Shown here one piece after another: positions 1-15,000 of a stretch of 64,000 bases of DNA. This DNA is from a virus. Every line of letters begins with the position of its first letter. Position 1 is the stretch's first letter. The stretch covers positions 1 through 64,000 of IMG/VR virus record IMGVR_UViG_3300025759_000064. One strand, given 5' to 3'. Made by a program: the position numbers and the translations under genes. The notes under the pieces were generated by a model. That model saw only the letters and a list, made by a program, of their open reading frames with translations. It had not been told where the DNA came from and searched no databases.

Positions 1-3000
1 CCTCTCCACGCTCATTGCCCCACCAATCTATCAGATAGTACTGAGAGGCCACAGATAGGCTTGTTATTCCTTTACCTTCTTCATCGCCCCACCAATCTCT
101 TTCAGTACGTGTTGGGTTTCGTATTGTGCGCACTGGTGTACCGAATGGTCTTGTCATCCTTCTACCGTCACTATATCTTACTTGCCAACCCTCTTGGTCT
201 TGATTTAACATACCTGTGAGATTAGTCTGACGTTCCATGATACCAACGTATGTCGTAGGTTTAGATGCGTTGCTACTACCATCGCTCCACGCATTGCTGT
301 ATGCCTCAGTCTGTACAAGTGGACCTGCATCGTAGTTCAGAGTGTTAGTACCAGCAGCGCTTGAAGCGTCTGCCTCGTATATCGCACGTACGCTATTAAT
401 GTCGTATCTCGGTCTGTTATAGGCTTGACGTACAGCGTTACGGTGTCCATACGGCCTTCTTCTATACTGGTCCATAGCCCCAGTTGATATACCTGATGAA
501 AATGTCAACAAACCGTTGGTTACAGCCCCTCCGGTAGTAGAAGCACTCAATTCAAAAGTAGTAGAGTTAGTTATACTTGAAATCGTTGCACCAGTCGGTA
601 TTCCCGTACCTACCACCATCATTCCGACAACTAGCAGACCAGTATTATCCATTGTTATTGTGGGGTCATTGTTATAATCACAAGTGTTATCTGAAAATAT
701 ATCATCTACCCATTCTAAGTTGCTATTAGATGCGAAATTAGCGCTGGTTGACGTATTATGTACATTCCAAGACGTAGAGGCCATACCGTACAAGTCTAGT
801 TTACTTGTATGTGGACCGCCGCGACTGCCACAAGGCCAATATCCACTAAGCATTAAATTAGTTCCACCAGCATCGTGTGTATTACTATTAGATATCACTT
901 CACCTGTTTTACTTACATTAGGTCTCTTAATTAAGAAATCAAATGGACCTGTACTCATTGCATGTGTGAAATCGTGATAATGTATAGTTTCAAAATGTTC
1001 AGGTAATGAATTATATGCTGCTTTGTTAACTGCATTACCTTTCCAACTACGAGATGTATTATCTGAGAAGTATGTATTAGGTCTACCAAGGTTAGGATGC
1101 CACATACATAGGAATGCATCAGGTACATGATTACTATATGTATCTTGATTACCATTAATTATATCAGGTAATATATTCGCAAATACACTCTTACGTTTAT
1201 TTGTAAGTATTTCACCTGCTGGTAATGTATTGTAACTATGTGTTAAAGTGAGTATTGCATTATCATATATGTTATCCCAAAAACCATCAGCGCCTGATTT
1301 AGCACCTAATGTCAATGTTTTGGGTATATTGATTGTTGCAGCCGTATCTCCGCTAACACTTGTTAGTTCTTTAGAATAGATAGTTCCATTCTTGCCCGTA
1401 TACTGCACTTCTTGTTTATAGTAAGGATACATTGGGAACGTATTTGCGTTATCTACAACTATTGTTCCGCTAGTATTGAAAGATACAACAGTACATTTTG
1501 GATTTAGACTTATACTTTTATTGTATTTATCGTATATGTCAAAGTACAAAGAAGTATATCCGTTAATTGTTAACTGACTTCCTATACTTCCGAAGGTACT
1601 TCTCATAAACATATAGTAATCTTCGGGACTATATTGAGATAGTTTTCTATAATTTGTTGCTTCTGAAACTGCTGACCCGTTATGTTTGATTGCATTCTTG
1701 TGTAATATGCTCCACCATGGTATATGCAAAGTGTGTGCGGGAGTCGCATCGCTAAACATTGTGCTATATGGAAAACCCTTTCTAGTAAATGCGGGGCTTT
1801 CTGTTAATTGTACGCCTACATGGTTATACAACATCAACGGTGGTATGTTCGTAAATTGACTACCTTGGTCATTACTAATATCTAATATCGCTTCATTGAT
1901 GAATACCTCACAACCTCGTACATCTGCTTGCGTTGCTTTCGCTAACACTAATGTCATACCTCCCTTAGTACGGTCTACATTACCATCACTATCCATTTTT
2001 ATGCCAATAACTGTGTTTATCTGTTGACTGGTTAATGCAGCGCCTGAATTATTATGGTAACCGACTAACTGATTATGGAACACGTTAGGTTGTATGACTA
2101 TTTGGTAAGCACCTACTTCCGCAGGGTCGGGGAAGTGTCTGCCTTGTGTATATTCACTAGCGGCCTCAAGTACAATACTGTGTCCTCCGGCTTTATTCAC
2201 TGTCGCTGCTAAAGTTGTGCTTGTACCGTCTGATGACGCTAAAACACCGTAACCGTCATATTTTACACCACTCTCGAACATAAGGGTGAATGCCCCTCCG
2301 TGAATATCGCTGGGCGGCGAAGGTGCGGCGTTTACACCACTAAAATTAATCTCTGCATCCATAGCATGAATGTTCTCTGTTATACCACCTGTGCCTATTG
2401 CTGTGGCTACTGCCGCTTTCTTATTCGTAGATGTTGTATTATCTGCAACTAAACTTGAATCAACAAAACCATTTGTCATTTGGTAATCAATCAAATGTCT
2501 TCTGTATAGGCTTTGGTAAGCAGGGTGCGCCCAGTGTCCGGGTAGCATCGGCATTGTTGGTGTGACGAAGTGATGTCCCATTCTTGGGAATGGCATAGGT
2601 GTCAACACAGGTTTGCTATATGCGTCGTATCCTATTGTCTGTCCTGATACATAGTACAACGTGTTAGCCATATCAGGTGAGTTGCCGCTAACCTCTGCAT
2701 GGTCACGTAATCGACGTGCTGCGAAGAACCTGTTGCTTCCAGCAGGTATGTAATAGGAAGGTACTACTTTTAGATTTGTAACAGTTTGACCTGCCATGAA
2801 TGTGGCAAAGTTGACATCTCCCACCACTGTGATTGTTACGTTATCAGGAACTCCGTCGTTATTAGTATCTTGACCAGCGTAAGTACATACAGCGCCTTCA
2901 TCAGTTGTTGGGTTGTACACACGTAGGAACTTTCGAGTATCTTCTTTAGTACCAAATCCAGCATCGAACACTTGTGGGTCTAATGTAGCGTCTACTGTCA

Positions 3001-6000
3001 ATACGTTAGTGCTAGAATCCCATGCATCGACAGATACTATGTCAGTCTCTACGCCACCTTCATGTGTATAGACAGTTGGATACCTGTGTGTATGTGTGTG
3101 CCCCATCTTTGTGACATGGAAAAATAATGTGCGGTCATGTAACTCATAACTAGTCTGCAATGGAGAGTTGTCATTCCATGCACCTAGTTCTGAATCAAAG
3201 GTTACTGGGTTGATGCGCTCCCAGTTGTGATTTTCATATGTAGGTGCTTGACGTGGGCTTGCTACACTGTTGTCGAATAGATGTCCTATGTGGCTCTCAC
3301 CCATGTCAGGGTGTATCATACCGCCTGTACCAATTGTCTCATGCTGATATGCTTGTATTGGGTCGAATCCTGAACGTACAACTATGTTGCCCGGTATACT
3401 GTTAGGGTCAGGTAACTGTACCTTCAAGTTAGGTATCTTACCACTGTTAGCAAGCGCAGGTGCGTTACCCTTCACACCTCTGTTCTCAGGTATACGGAAT
3501 CCACGTATGATAGTCCCCAGTGGGCTACCACCCTCTATCTTGTGTACTTGCCCTGTCTCATCTCTTACGGTGATGCTTTGGAACTGTATCTCTTCATTTG
3601 GTATGTTTAACACGTTACCAATCTTGTATGGGTGCTTACGCATAAGTTCAGGGTGTGCTAACTCTTGTGCTTGTAGTATAGGCATCATAGCGCTGTTTGT
3701 AGTCTCGAAAGAGAACCTTACGTTACCATATATCTTCTCACCTGTTTGGTATGCGGTGTTGCTCTTTACACGTGTCATCCATGGTACTGCACCAAGACCG
3801 CGAGCGTTGATTGCTGGCATACTGAGGTTACCACCATCCATTCTCTTCCACACTATGTTCTCTACTGAGAAGTTCTTTGCGGCAGAATCTTGATACATCT
3901 GTAATGCGTTTACATCACCCATCCAATAATTAATGGGGAAACCGCTACTATGTGCTGCTGCATATTTATCAGCAGATGTGTTACGTTCTGCATCGTCTGT
4001 ATGTAGTAATGCAGAACCAACAGAATGGTCTAAGTCGAATAGTAAATCACCTGTCTTATTTAGACCCGGTGTAGCGTTTTGCAACTTCAAATCAGTAGGT
4101 GTAGTGCTGTAAAAGTATGAGCCTGAGCCGCCTGAGAATAAAGTATCGGCCCAGTTCCCATTAGATGGTGTGCCGACAGGCACTGTTGTATCTTCAACGA
4201 TTAGAGCCTCTACATTCGGTCCAGCGTTTGCAGGTGCGATGAATCTATCTTGTCCGTGAAATCTTTCGTCCCATTGTGTAGTACCAGCATATGTGATTGG
4301 GTTACTACCTTGTCCTATGACTTGTAACCAGTCACCGTTTGCGGTTATTCCATCTCTATCGTACTTTGCAATTAATGAACTCTCACACTCGTAACTGACA
4401 ACTAGGAATGCGCTACTGTACAGCCCCTGTGGTGTTGTTAGTTCCTTAGGTAATGTAGTAGTATAGTTAGTAGGTGCGACCCATTGATTAGCGTTACCCG
4501 CTTCATCTGTATCATTGAAGTTGTAAGTGTAAGTATCCCAACCTAAACCAGCACTACTACCGCTTGTTAAATCTAATTTAGAATAAAAGCCTGATTTAAC
4601 TAAATGAGTACCTAACGCATTTCCTATACCGTCAATTGTAGGTGTGCTTTCGGGACTCCCTTGCATTGGTGCTACAACAGGTATGTTACTATGTACGTTC
4701 ATTACTGTACCAGCAGTTCCGTATGGTGAGAAGTTAAGCATCTCATGGTATGCGCCTAATCCAGCAGCATATCCTGTACCGCTTGTGTTCTTAGTTATCT
4801 TCAAACTATTCAGATAAGAGTATCTCTCACCATGCCAACCTATTGCACCTATTGGCTTTGTTCTATCAACAGCGTCTACAATACCTGAGAAGTGAACTTG
4901 CGTCATATGGTCACGTGCTGATACATTCTCGTTATTGAAACGCATTGTACCTGCTTTACTCCATACATAAAGAGTATAAGAACTAGAAATAGCCTCACTG
5001 AAAGACCCACTTCCATCTTTGAGTACTTCCCACGTTTCAGGCGCTTCTAGTTTATTTAGGCCGTTTAATCTATTAGGTGCGAGATAGAACCTGACTTTCC
5101 AATCGCTACTATCTGCTAATACTTCCCTAGAGTGATAGCAAGCGAATCTAGTATTAGTTCCTTGATGTAACCTAATCCAACCCGATGTGGGTAATTGTTC
5201 TAATGTTATTTGTGAACCGCTCGATGGGCTATCTATGTAATTGCCAGTAGCACTATTATTTACGTAAGTGGATGTGCCAGCAAGCGGTATCCACCCGTAT
5301 CTATCTTGACGCATCGCATTACCCATAGACGGCATGTGTGTGCCACCAAGAGACTTGAGTGCTCCAGCGCCGGGGAATGCGTTTATTGCAGCGCCTAGTA
5401 CAGTAGCGAGTTCTTCGCCGTTCTGACAACGTGTCGCATCTACTACGATGTATTCCATCTTTGCATCTGCTGTCGCTACGGCCTCGCTACCATTTCCTAT
5501 GTAATCTAGAATGCGCCCTGTAAGCACGCCCGAAGTTCTAAACGCAGTAGGGTGTATTTGGTTTGCACGTTCCCAATTGCTACTCAATACTCTAGCAGCA
5601 GATTTACCCGCGTGTGGTGGATTAAATGTAATTTGATTGTCTAACCATGAGCCGCCCGGATGGAAACCACCATCCATGTGCCATACTGTATCTGCCGCCA
5701 TAGTGATACCGAATCCGATAGTAGGCGTATGCATCTTAGGATGTATATGTGTCAAATCATATCCTATTTGTGCTGTGCCTGTAACGTCGTGTGGTGTGCT
5801 ATCATTGAACTGTTGACCATAATGCCTACCGTGTTCAGGTCTTTGTGAGAACTTACCCTTCCAACAGTAACCAGCAGGGCTTTCCCAATTTACCATCGCT
5901 CTCCAATGGAAACCCGCAGTAGCGTCATAGTATACCTTGCTCGGCGGCATGAAATTGTATTTCTCATTTACAATATGATTTGGGAATACATGTCTTGAAT

Positions 6001-9000
6001 TGGCTATTGATTCGTCTAACGGTATAGAAGCCCACGTGCTACCACTTACGATAACTCTACCCGGAAACGGCTCTTTGGTATTAGCAGCATTACCGCTATC
6101 CGCATCTGCTACTTCTTGTGTAAATGGGAACGCTTGACCCGGACCAAATATTAGGTACGTAGTTTTGTTCTCTACGCTAGTATCCACGTGGTCTTCATAT
6201 CGTGCAGTCGGATGAGCAAATCTCAATACAAGCGGTACGGGCTTTGCTTTTATCTCACCTGCGCTATATGTCACACCACCTTTAGATAAATCAGGTGCTA
6301 GTATGTTCTGTTGATTGAATGCAGGTGGAGTAATACTACCACGATGCTGATTACACAACGCAGCGCCGGGGAAGAAGGCAAACATTGCATTTCCGTCTAA
6401 CATAGCGTAACTCGTAGATATTTCATTTGCATTCTGTAATCCAGTTACACCAGTCGGTCCAGTAGAATATGGATGGGTGTAGAAAGTAGAATAGTCGTTT
6501 TGCGTACCATCGTTTACGTCGAGTGTTACACCGCTAAATCCACCACCAAAGAACAACGGCACGCTGTGGTCTTTGCTACTCTTACCACCACGGAAGTAGA
6601 CTATTGGTTCAGAGAATACGCTACCGAGTGAACGCAATCCGTCAAACTCCTTGTTATTATGGCGTTGCAATATATTTGCTTTAGCCATAGATTGTGGAAA
6701 GTCATCTCCCGCATCTGCTGTTAACCAACTTAATTCTTGTCGAGGGTCAGTACCTGTTTTACTTTCTGCTTCAATAGGATAGTCGCCTAACCATATAGTC
6801 GCTCTTTCACCAACTGGTAATATGACGTTACTTGCTGTCGCACCTGACGGTATAAGAAAGGGGTCTACCTCTCTAGCAGCAGATACTGTAACTTCGGTAG
6901 TCCAATTACTTTGAGAACTACCAAAGTGAACAACGGGGTTATCAATCATTGGTAGTATATGGTCGCCGGATGAACGTGTAAATTGTATACCCTTTAATCC
7001 TTCATTCCAAGTAGAAGTATCAATCGGAGTATTAGTTGAGTCAACTAGATTAGGTGACGCTGTGTTTGAGTTTGGACCTCTTGATACAGTGGTTATTTCA
7101 AGTAAGGTATAGGGTATGTAACCGCAATCGATACCTTGACTAGCATCTATATTTGTGTTAGTTACTGGTCTTGTTCCATGGCCTGTACTTGTACTTGTAT
7201 CAAAATCCCATTCGCCGTTTGTTACCCTATCAACTCTTCTCACTTCACCAAACTCTAAGTGTGACGCATGAATACCATAATCTCGCTTTACAACGCTACT
7301 ATAAGATTGATTAAGAGGAATTATCGGACTTTGGGTATTATACGCTCTAATTCGTATTGCATCATCTTTTACACCCCATTCACCAAAGGTTCTACCATCA
7401 GTGGTATACATCTCTCTGCAATCAAATACATGTCCTTCTTCCGTGTTTATCTCATTACCTGCGTTAATTGCAGCAGCAGTTACAGCAGCAATTAATTCAT
7501 CTGTTACAAGCGTAGTCCAATTTAATACAGAAGCGATTAGTACATCATCGGGTAGTGTTACTAGACCAGTGCAACCGTAGAATGTATCATGGTCTCTCGA
7601 TGCATAAGACACTGTAATTCCAACATCTGCTGCTGCATCATAATCTGTAATTTGTATAATACCATTTTTCTTTGGAAATCCTAAGTATCCTAAGAGGTCA
7701 CCTTTACCACTAAAAGCAGTGCTATATGGTGTTCCACCACCTTGATATGGTGAATTATCAAACGTAATCGCCAAAGTTCCAGCACTCGTATCTTCGACAG
7801 CGCTGACGTGCATTACAGCATTTGGGGCACTAACGCCTCTCCATCTAGCACCTTTCCAATACTGCAATGTTTTTGTGACACCGCTTGCATCTGTATCTAA
7901 TCTACCTGTCGCATCACCAACACCATGCATGTGTTTACCTATTGTAAATCCACCTTGTCCTACATCCCTGTCGTCGAAGAAAACACATACTTCATCCTCA
8001 ATAGTAGAAGGTAATGTGGTATTACTGTTTGCAAACGATTCACCTATCTTACGATAAATGTATCTAATACCGTTTTCTACACCTAAGTTGTCTTTGAATC
8101 TAAAACCGTATAATTGTCCGTTACCTATGTTATCAGAAATTATGTTCGATGTTGGTACGTGGCTTGAATAATCTGAACCAGTATGAGCAGTGCCTTGAGC
8201 GTTAAATGCGCCATACCTATTATTGAACTTAGTCTCACCTATTTTACCAAAACCCCAAGTTCCGACATCGGGCGCAAATCCCGGTACACCGCTTGCTACT
8301 AATCCGCCAAAGTTTATTCTTGAGATAGCCTTTTTACCGACTCTTAAACCCTTGACTAATGAAGATGATGAACCTTTAATGTCTAAAGATTCTGTATTTA
8401 TTGTATTGTGACTCTTTCCGCTTATTGAATCAGACACTGCTCTCAATACGCTACTATCTTCAAACTCAGCGACACTTTCTATTTCTTCACCACTTTCTAC
8501 CGATGTAACGTATTGTTGCAGTGTAGTAATGGGGGCAAACGGTCTACCATGCTTGTTTAATGGCATAGGCGCTGGATGCATATTTTCACCCTCTCTTTCG
8601 TCAGGTAACGCCCAAAAGTTACGCCATCTTCCACCGTGTCCTACTAAGAATTGTGGTTGATAGACACTTTGTCCTTTACTATTATCAAGCCACACACAGA
8701 AGTTTCTACCACTTGCGCCCGGCACTGTACTATGTATGACAATGGTGTACCCTGTATCTCCGTTTAGGTCTTGTACCTCTCTACCTATGTGAGCGCGTAT
8801 GTATCCCATGTGAGTACCCTTGTCACCATTATCTACATTCCAAAATGGTGAAGGGTCATGTGCTGAACCAGTTAGTAGTCTACCGTTTAACGCCGCATGT
8901 TGATTGATTAATCTAACAGCCTCTTCTGTTGCAGATAGCGTATCTACAACCCCATCTTTTTGACTAATCTCACCTAAATCTAATGTTAAACGTCTAACGA

Positions 9001-12000
9001 AGTCCATGTCTTTCCATTGTGGGAGGTGTTGCAATCTACTCTCAGTATGACTAGTCAAGTCTAAAGATGAACTTCTAATACCCTTTAGGCACAAAAATGC
9101 TGGTATAACTCTAGTACCATCAGGGGTATCAAAGAAAGTAGAGGGGTCTCTTAACGAACAATCATTTGTTGCTTCTCTATGTTCTATTAATTTCTTTACA
9201 AACGAGTTTGCATTGTCATTAGGTATTCTAGTGAATGAATGTTTTGCATTTGCTCTTTTATGTAAAACAACAGAATCATCAGTTCTAGGTGTAAGACTAT
9301 ATCCAATTCTAAATCCTGATGTAGTACCACCATAGGAATATCCGGTATGTATGTGATGACCGTGTGCTTTACCGTATAATCTAGCACCCTCTATTTTTCT
9401 ACCATCTGTCGGTAAAGCAGTAGCCAAACTAGCAATAGTACTGCTATCAATTAAATCACTAGTGTGTCTATTTGCTAAGTCGTGTGCATAAGCACTTTCA
9501 ATGAACTTAGATTGCTGTGTACTTCGTATGTATGGGTTCTGCGATAAGAAGCCATTTGTAACATCTATTTGTGTAGTCCACGGACTTGGACCAGCGCCAT
9601 TATATGCAGCGTTGACTTTGTGTAATTCACTTCTTCTTGAATTACCACTTTCTACCACTTCTTTAGGCCAGCCTATTTGTGTAGCCTGTGAACTAGTCTG
9701 CACTTGCATGTGTATATCTTGGAATGCGATGAACTCTTTGTCATGTGCCACGTTGTATAGTAATACACGCGCATGTTCGTCAGTAGACAAGTAAGGGTCG
9801 ATATAGGCTACAACGGGTGCTTGTGCAGATGTAAGTCCGAGTGCTAGATAATTTTCTTCAACTGTTCTGTTTACGTGTTGCACATAGTTTCTTGCAGTTT
9901 CTAAACAAGTATTACCAATCAAGAAGTTTTCTAGAGGAATACTATCTCTTGGGTTAGTTGTATCTAATTCACCCGCGCCATTATCAAACGCATTCCATAC
10001 TTGTGATTCGTTCAACACACCTCTACTCTTAGCAAACAAACCCTCAACCGCATGTGGGTTGTTATACGACATATTTGCCCATACGGTATCACCGTTGCGT
10101 AATCCACCTTGTGCGTATGGATTTAACCACGTAGCGTTTAGTACAGCGTCTTTATCTTCATAGTCGCCAGTCCATACTGCAAGTTTAGCATTAGATGGAA
10201 TAATTGGCCCAGTAGCAGTTAAAGTAACGGTTTGAGTGCCGTTTGCATCAGCACTACCGATACTACTAACTAACCCTATTCTTCGTATTTTGTCCGTTCC
10301 GGTATCTTCCCAATAGTAGAGCGTATCGTCTTTCTTGACGTTCATACCATGTAGGTCATTGACATTTTTACCACTAGCACCGTCAATAGTTATGGTAGAT
10401 GATGTGCTCCCATTTGCAGTGATTGTGACATCAGTAATATTTAGGCTGTTCTTCAATTCACGATAGTATTGAGAACCATCAGCAACTTCTGCTGTAATCG
10501 CTGTACCAAGAATACTTCTGCATTTTCTCGCTAATATTATTTTAGCACCCTCAGGCAAACCGTCTGTTTGTAAGTTTTCATCATCGCTAACGGTTCTTGC
10601 TGTTCCAGCGCCTATGGTTATGGTGGTCGCTGTTACCGCCGTTACCACCCCTACAATAACACCCCCATCATCGTAAAGATTACTACCTACTGAAAATACA
10701 GTAGTAGCATCCACCCCTTCAACGTCAAATGCTGAGGTAGTACCTCCGGTTGTTATGTTTTTCTTAATCACGCCCGTAGAGTATTTATTTGGGGTAAATC
10801 CTGTTGATGTATTGTAAACAAGCACAATACTGTTTTTAGGTACTGCTGTGATTGTCGCACCAGTTAGTGTTTTAATGTGACCGTGATATTGAAACTTATG
10901 GATAGTACCATTATCATCGTATTGTACTTCGTATCCTAAATCTCCAACAGCAGAAGGTGGTGGAGTGTCGTAACCTAAATCGGGAAACTTAGCAAAATCT
11001 TCGGGAGATAACGTTACAATTACTGCTTTATCTTCACCGGATAACGATACTGTTTTTGTAGATAAACTCGTACCACTAGCACGCCTAGATTGTATTTGTG
11101 CAGCGTGTGGATTACTTTCAGGTCCAGCCTTAAACTCAACTGCGCTAACATACTGACGTAATCCGTAATCCACATTACCCCCTTGTGTTTTTACACTAGC
11201 GGTATCATAGTAATATTCATCTCTATTCTCAAAGTCTGATGATGGGGTTATTTCATCAGATGCCATAGGTGTATTACCTTCTTCAAACCCTACACCTCCT
11301 AGATAGACTGGTTGCCCTGCGGCTAAGTCCTCAAAGAAACCCTCGCTATGACCATATGTCATGTCGTCATCTGCTAATGCTAGATACTTGTCAGTAGCAG
11401 GTGCATTTGTATAAAAAGCCCATTTTCCATTAGCCAACCAAACTTTTCTATATCGATAAACGTCATTAGCGAAGCCTTTGTATTCATCTACGTCTGTGTG
11501 AGATTCAGGAAATACGTTCGGGTCATTCACATAAAGTCTCTTATCTGTATTCGATACTCTTCTATATTCAGTGATAAATGTAGAATTAACATATTCTCTT
11601 TTTGCTAATGCAATAGAATAAGCGGAATGCGCTTCTCTATCTGCTGGCTCTGTGTCTATAAATCTTCTACCAACTGGGCTAGGATTGTAAGTATGCGCAG
11701 TATGTGTAGCATCTACATGTATTTTGAATGCGTTATCAGGACCAACAGATGGGGCAAAGAATTGTTTAGAGAAAAATGGTATTTCTGCAACTGCTCTAGT
11801 ACTAGCGTATTGAGTGCCTAGTTGGTAATCATGTTGTACATCGCTCATAGATTGATGCATTCTATCGTTTACAGTAGTGCCGTTTTCTAATTTACTTTCT
11901 TCTCCAAAATTAGGCTCATTATATATTGTAAAGTTAGCGTATATATCTACTCCCACACTACTATGCCCTTCCATCATACCGTTTGCGCGTAGCAAGTTTT

Positions 12001-15000
12001 GTACGGTGGTGTATTCAGTACCATCTGAGCCGATATAATATCCGCTACCTACACTTTGTAATGTAAATACGAATGTGTTACCTGTTTTACTACTATATCT
12101 AGCGTTACTACCGTCTACAAAGTACACTCTTCCATAGCGAGTAAACCCATACGTACCCCAACTTGCTAAATCTTCACTTTCATTATTAAGAGGTTTAACG
12201 TATAATGTTCCGACAGTATCGCCTACACTACTAGCACCCGTAGGCACATTCAACCTAGTCACACTTACAGCGTACGACCTGCGTGTAGAGTATGCTTCGT
12301 GTGCTAACATACTGCGCTGGAATACTGGTCTAGTATCCATAGCACCTTGACCCGGACCACCAAGTGTAACAGTAACAACAGGTGCGTTAGGTTCTATCTC
12401 CTTGACTATATGCGAGTCAGGGCTACCTTTGCCAGTAAAATCAATTGAACGAGATACTAAACTATCTCCTACACCAATGCAACTTAATGTAGTGTAGCCG
12501 CCTTCATTACCTTCGCTTTCTTCTATCGACCTCACCTTTGCTCTACTCATTAAGTAAAGTATAGTTGCCCTATTGAATCTAGTAGACAAATTAACATTAG
12601 CAAGTTGCATACTTCTTCTTCGGTCAGTAGGCTGAATGAAGATTCTGAAATCAGCATTGTTCGTGTCTGCTAAGATATGGTTGTCTATTATATCGTATGT
12701 TTCGTGTATAGGCGATGAAGAAGATACAGTTCCAGTATCAAATTGCCCAGCAGAACCACTATCTAACACTACATCAGGTGCTAGTCTAGAATAACTACCT
12801 TTATCGGTCAAGGTTTTAGTTTGGTCTATTTTGTTTAGATACAGTCTATTGAATGCAGAATTATGTAGACCGCTTGTGCTCACAGATTCAATTATGGCTT
12901 GCGGTGTACCGTTTTGTATAGAGTCTGCATTATTTCTTGGAGTATAATTAGCAGGTGTTAACGTCTCATCAACTTCTGTATCGGCAGAATATCCTTCCGA
13001 AGTATCACCTACTAAACCGTGTTCTTGTACTACTGGACTATCGATTCCTAAATCAGATGCATACACATCTATGTATCCGCCGGGCGCATGTAGTGTCATA
13101 CCTGAACCAATTGCATGAATTATAGAATCGTAAATATACTCTGCACCGCTTACCAATGTATCAGACGAAGGTACAGTTTTCTCTACCATTAGTAGAGGTT
13201 GAACAGTACCACTCATACTTGCACCAGTCAAATCAATCGCATTGTAATGTATTTCTACAAATGGGGAAAGAGATGGTGTTAAGTCTGTTAATCTAGGTAC
13301 GTGAAGTATAGCGACTCTACTTTCTTTAGAGGGGGTAACGTGATAATCTCTAATGTTACTATCGTGATGAGTTTCATCGTTATTCGCATCATACTTGTTG
13401 TATTGCGGTATCGGACCTTTTAGAGCAAATGGGGTGTAATCAAAATCAGGACCACCTATTGCAATCAGTTTTCTTTTACCAGCAGGTGGGCTACTAGTAC
13501 CGTTGTAAGAATTGAATGCTACGCTTACTGTGCTAGAACTAACAACGTTATCTATTACCACATCGCTAAAATCTCTATACACATCTACTAAACTATTTAC
13601 AGTAACTTGTTTTTCTATTCCTTTATGCATATCGCTATACATCACGTCAACAATATCTGCGTTACCGTTACCTTGTTGGTCTATTATTTCATCAATAGCC
13701 TTTGGTAACATGCGTAAGAAAGTGTGTCCTTCAACATGATTCTTAATGTGTCTACCGCTATGTCCTATTTGGAAATCTTCGCTCAGAGTAGTAGGCCACA
13801 CTACTGCAAATGGATTATTTGCATCAGATGTGGTTGTAGCAATAGCACTAGAATAAACAAATCCATGGTTTTCAAAATCACTTTCATCGATTATCATTTG
13901 CCCTGTTCTATCTATAATCTGAGAAGTATAATGAGGCGGTTGATATGGTTTAGATGTTCCACTATCAATCAATAAGTCTGCACCAACTACAACGAAGTGA
14001 TTATCTACATTAGCACTTCTAGAAGTATTCAGAACACCTATTAATCCGTTATTACTATTACTTGTATTAATAAAATCTAAATGGATACTAGATACAGTTA
14101 ATGTAGGGTTTGTATTTTCTAGATTATTTATAGAATGTAATCTTAATCTTTCAGGAGGTTTTTGATTAGGTTTACTTGTTGAAGGCGTTATACCATCAGG
14201 ATTAACTAATATATTGTATGGTACATGAGATATACTTCTAACAACAGTTGAGCCTGAGGAAGAATCTAACACCTCGTAATTACCTGAACTGTACGGTGAA
14301 GAAGTAAAATCAATAGTACCAGTAGTTACTGTATTGCCCGTAAGTTTTGATGCGAGTAACTGAGCATCTGTTTTTGTCATAGTTAATACTGATAACCCAC
14401 TACTACTTGTGTGTGCACTGTAAGTAAAAACATCTTCAATAGGAGCGATAGGCTCTTCAAATCTGTATAGAAGTAAAGTATCACTATCCGATAACGGAGA
14501 GTTACCTTCTATCATTGAAGTCTTGAATGATGCATTAAGATGAATGCCTTCCATCGTACCTCTAAACTTACCACCTTTACCTCCGATGTATGTTTGCTTG
14601 GTAGAGGGCTTTAGCGCTAAGTCTCTGTCTTTGATTGATTGTCTTACAACTAACTCCCCGTTAATGTATAATTCTATGGCTGTGGTTCTTACAGTCGCTA
14701 TTACATGAATCAAAGGTCTATGGTTTTTGTTTAGTTCTGTTGCATCATCTCTGCTACTAACGAATCTATTGTAAGAATCTTGTAAACCTTGATACTCAAT
14801 ATGCGGATATACAGTACCTTCGTATCTATCTGTTGCTAAGGTTGCTGTGGTTAGATAATATCTTTCTTCAATACCTCTACCTTCCATAAATACCTCAAAA
14901 GTTGCTGGACCGGGCGTGTCTATATTACCGAGTGAAAGTTTGTATTGACCTTCTTTCTCTATTATTGTACCGCCACAATCAGGCATTACCCACGCTTCTA

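Noticed and set aside
684-13975. Short ORFs listed within 1-15 kb
   Set aside because: They are shadow or out-of-frame ORFs overlapping the single giant minus-strand frame.
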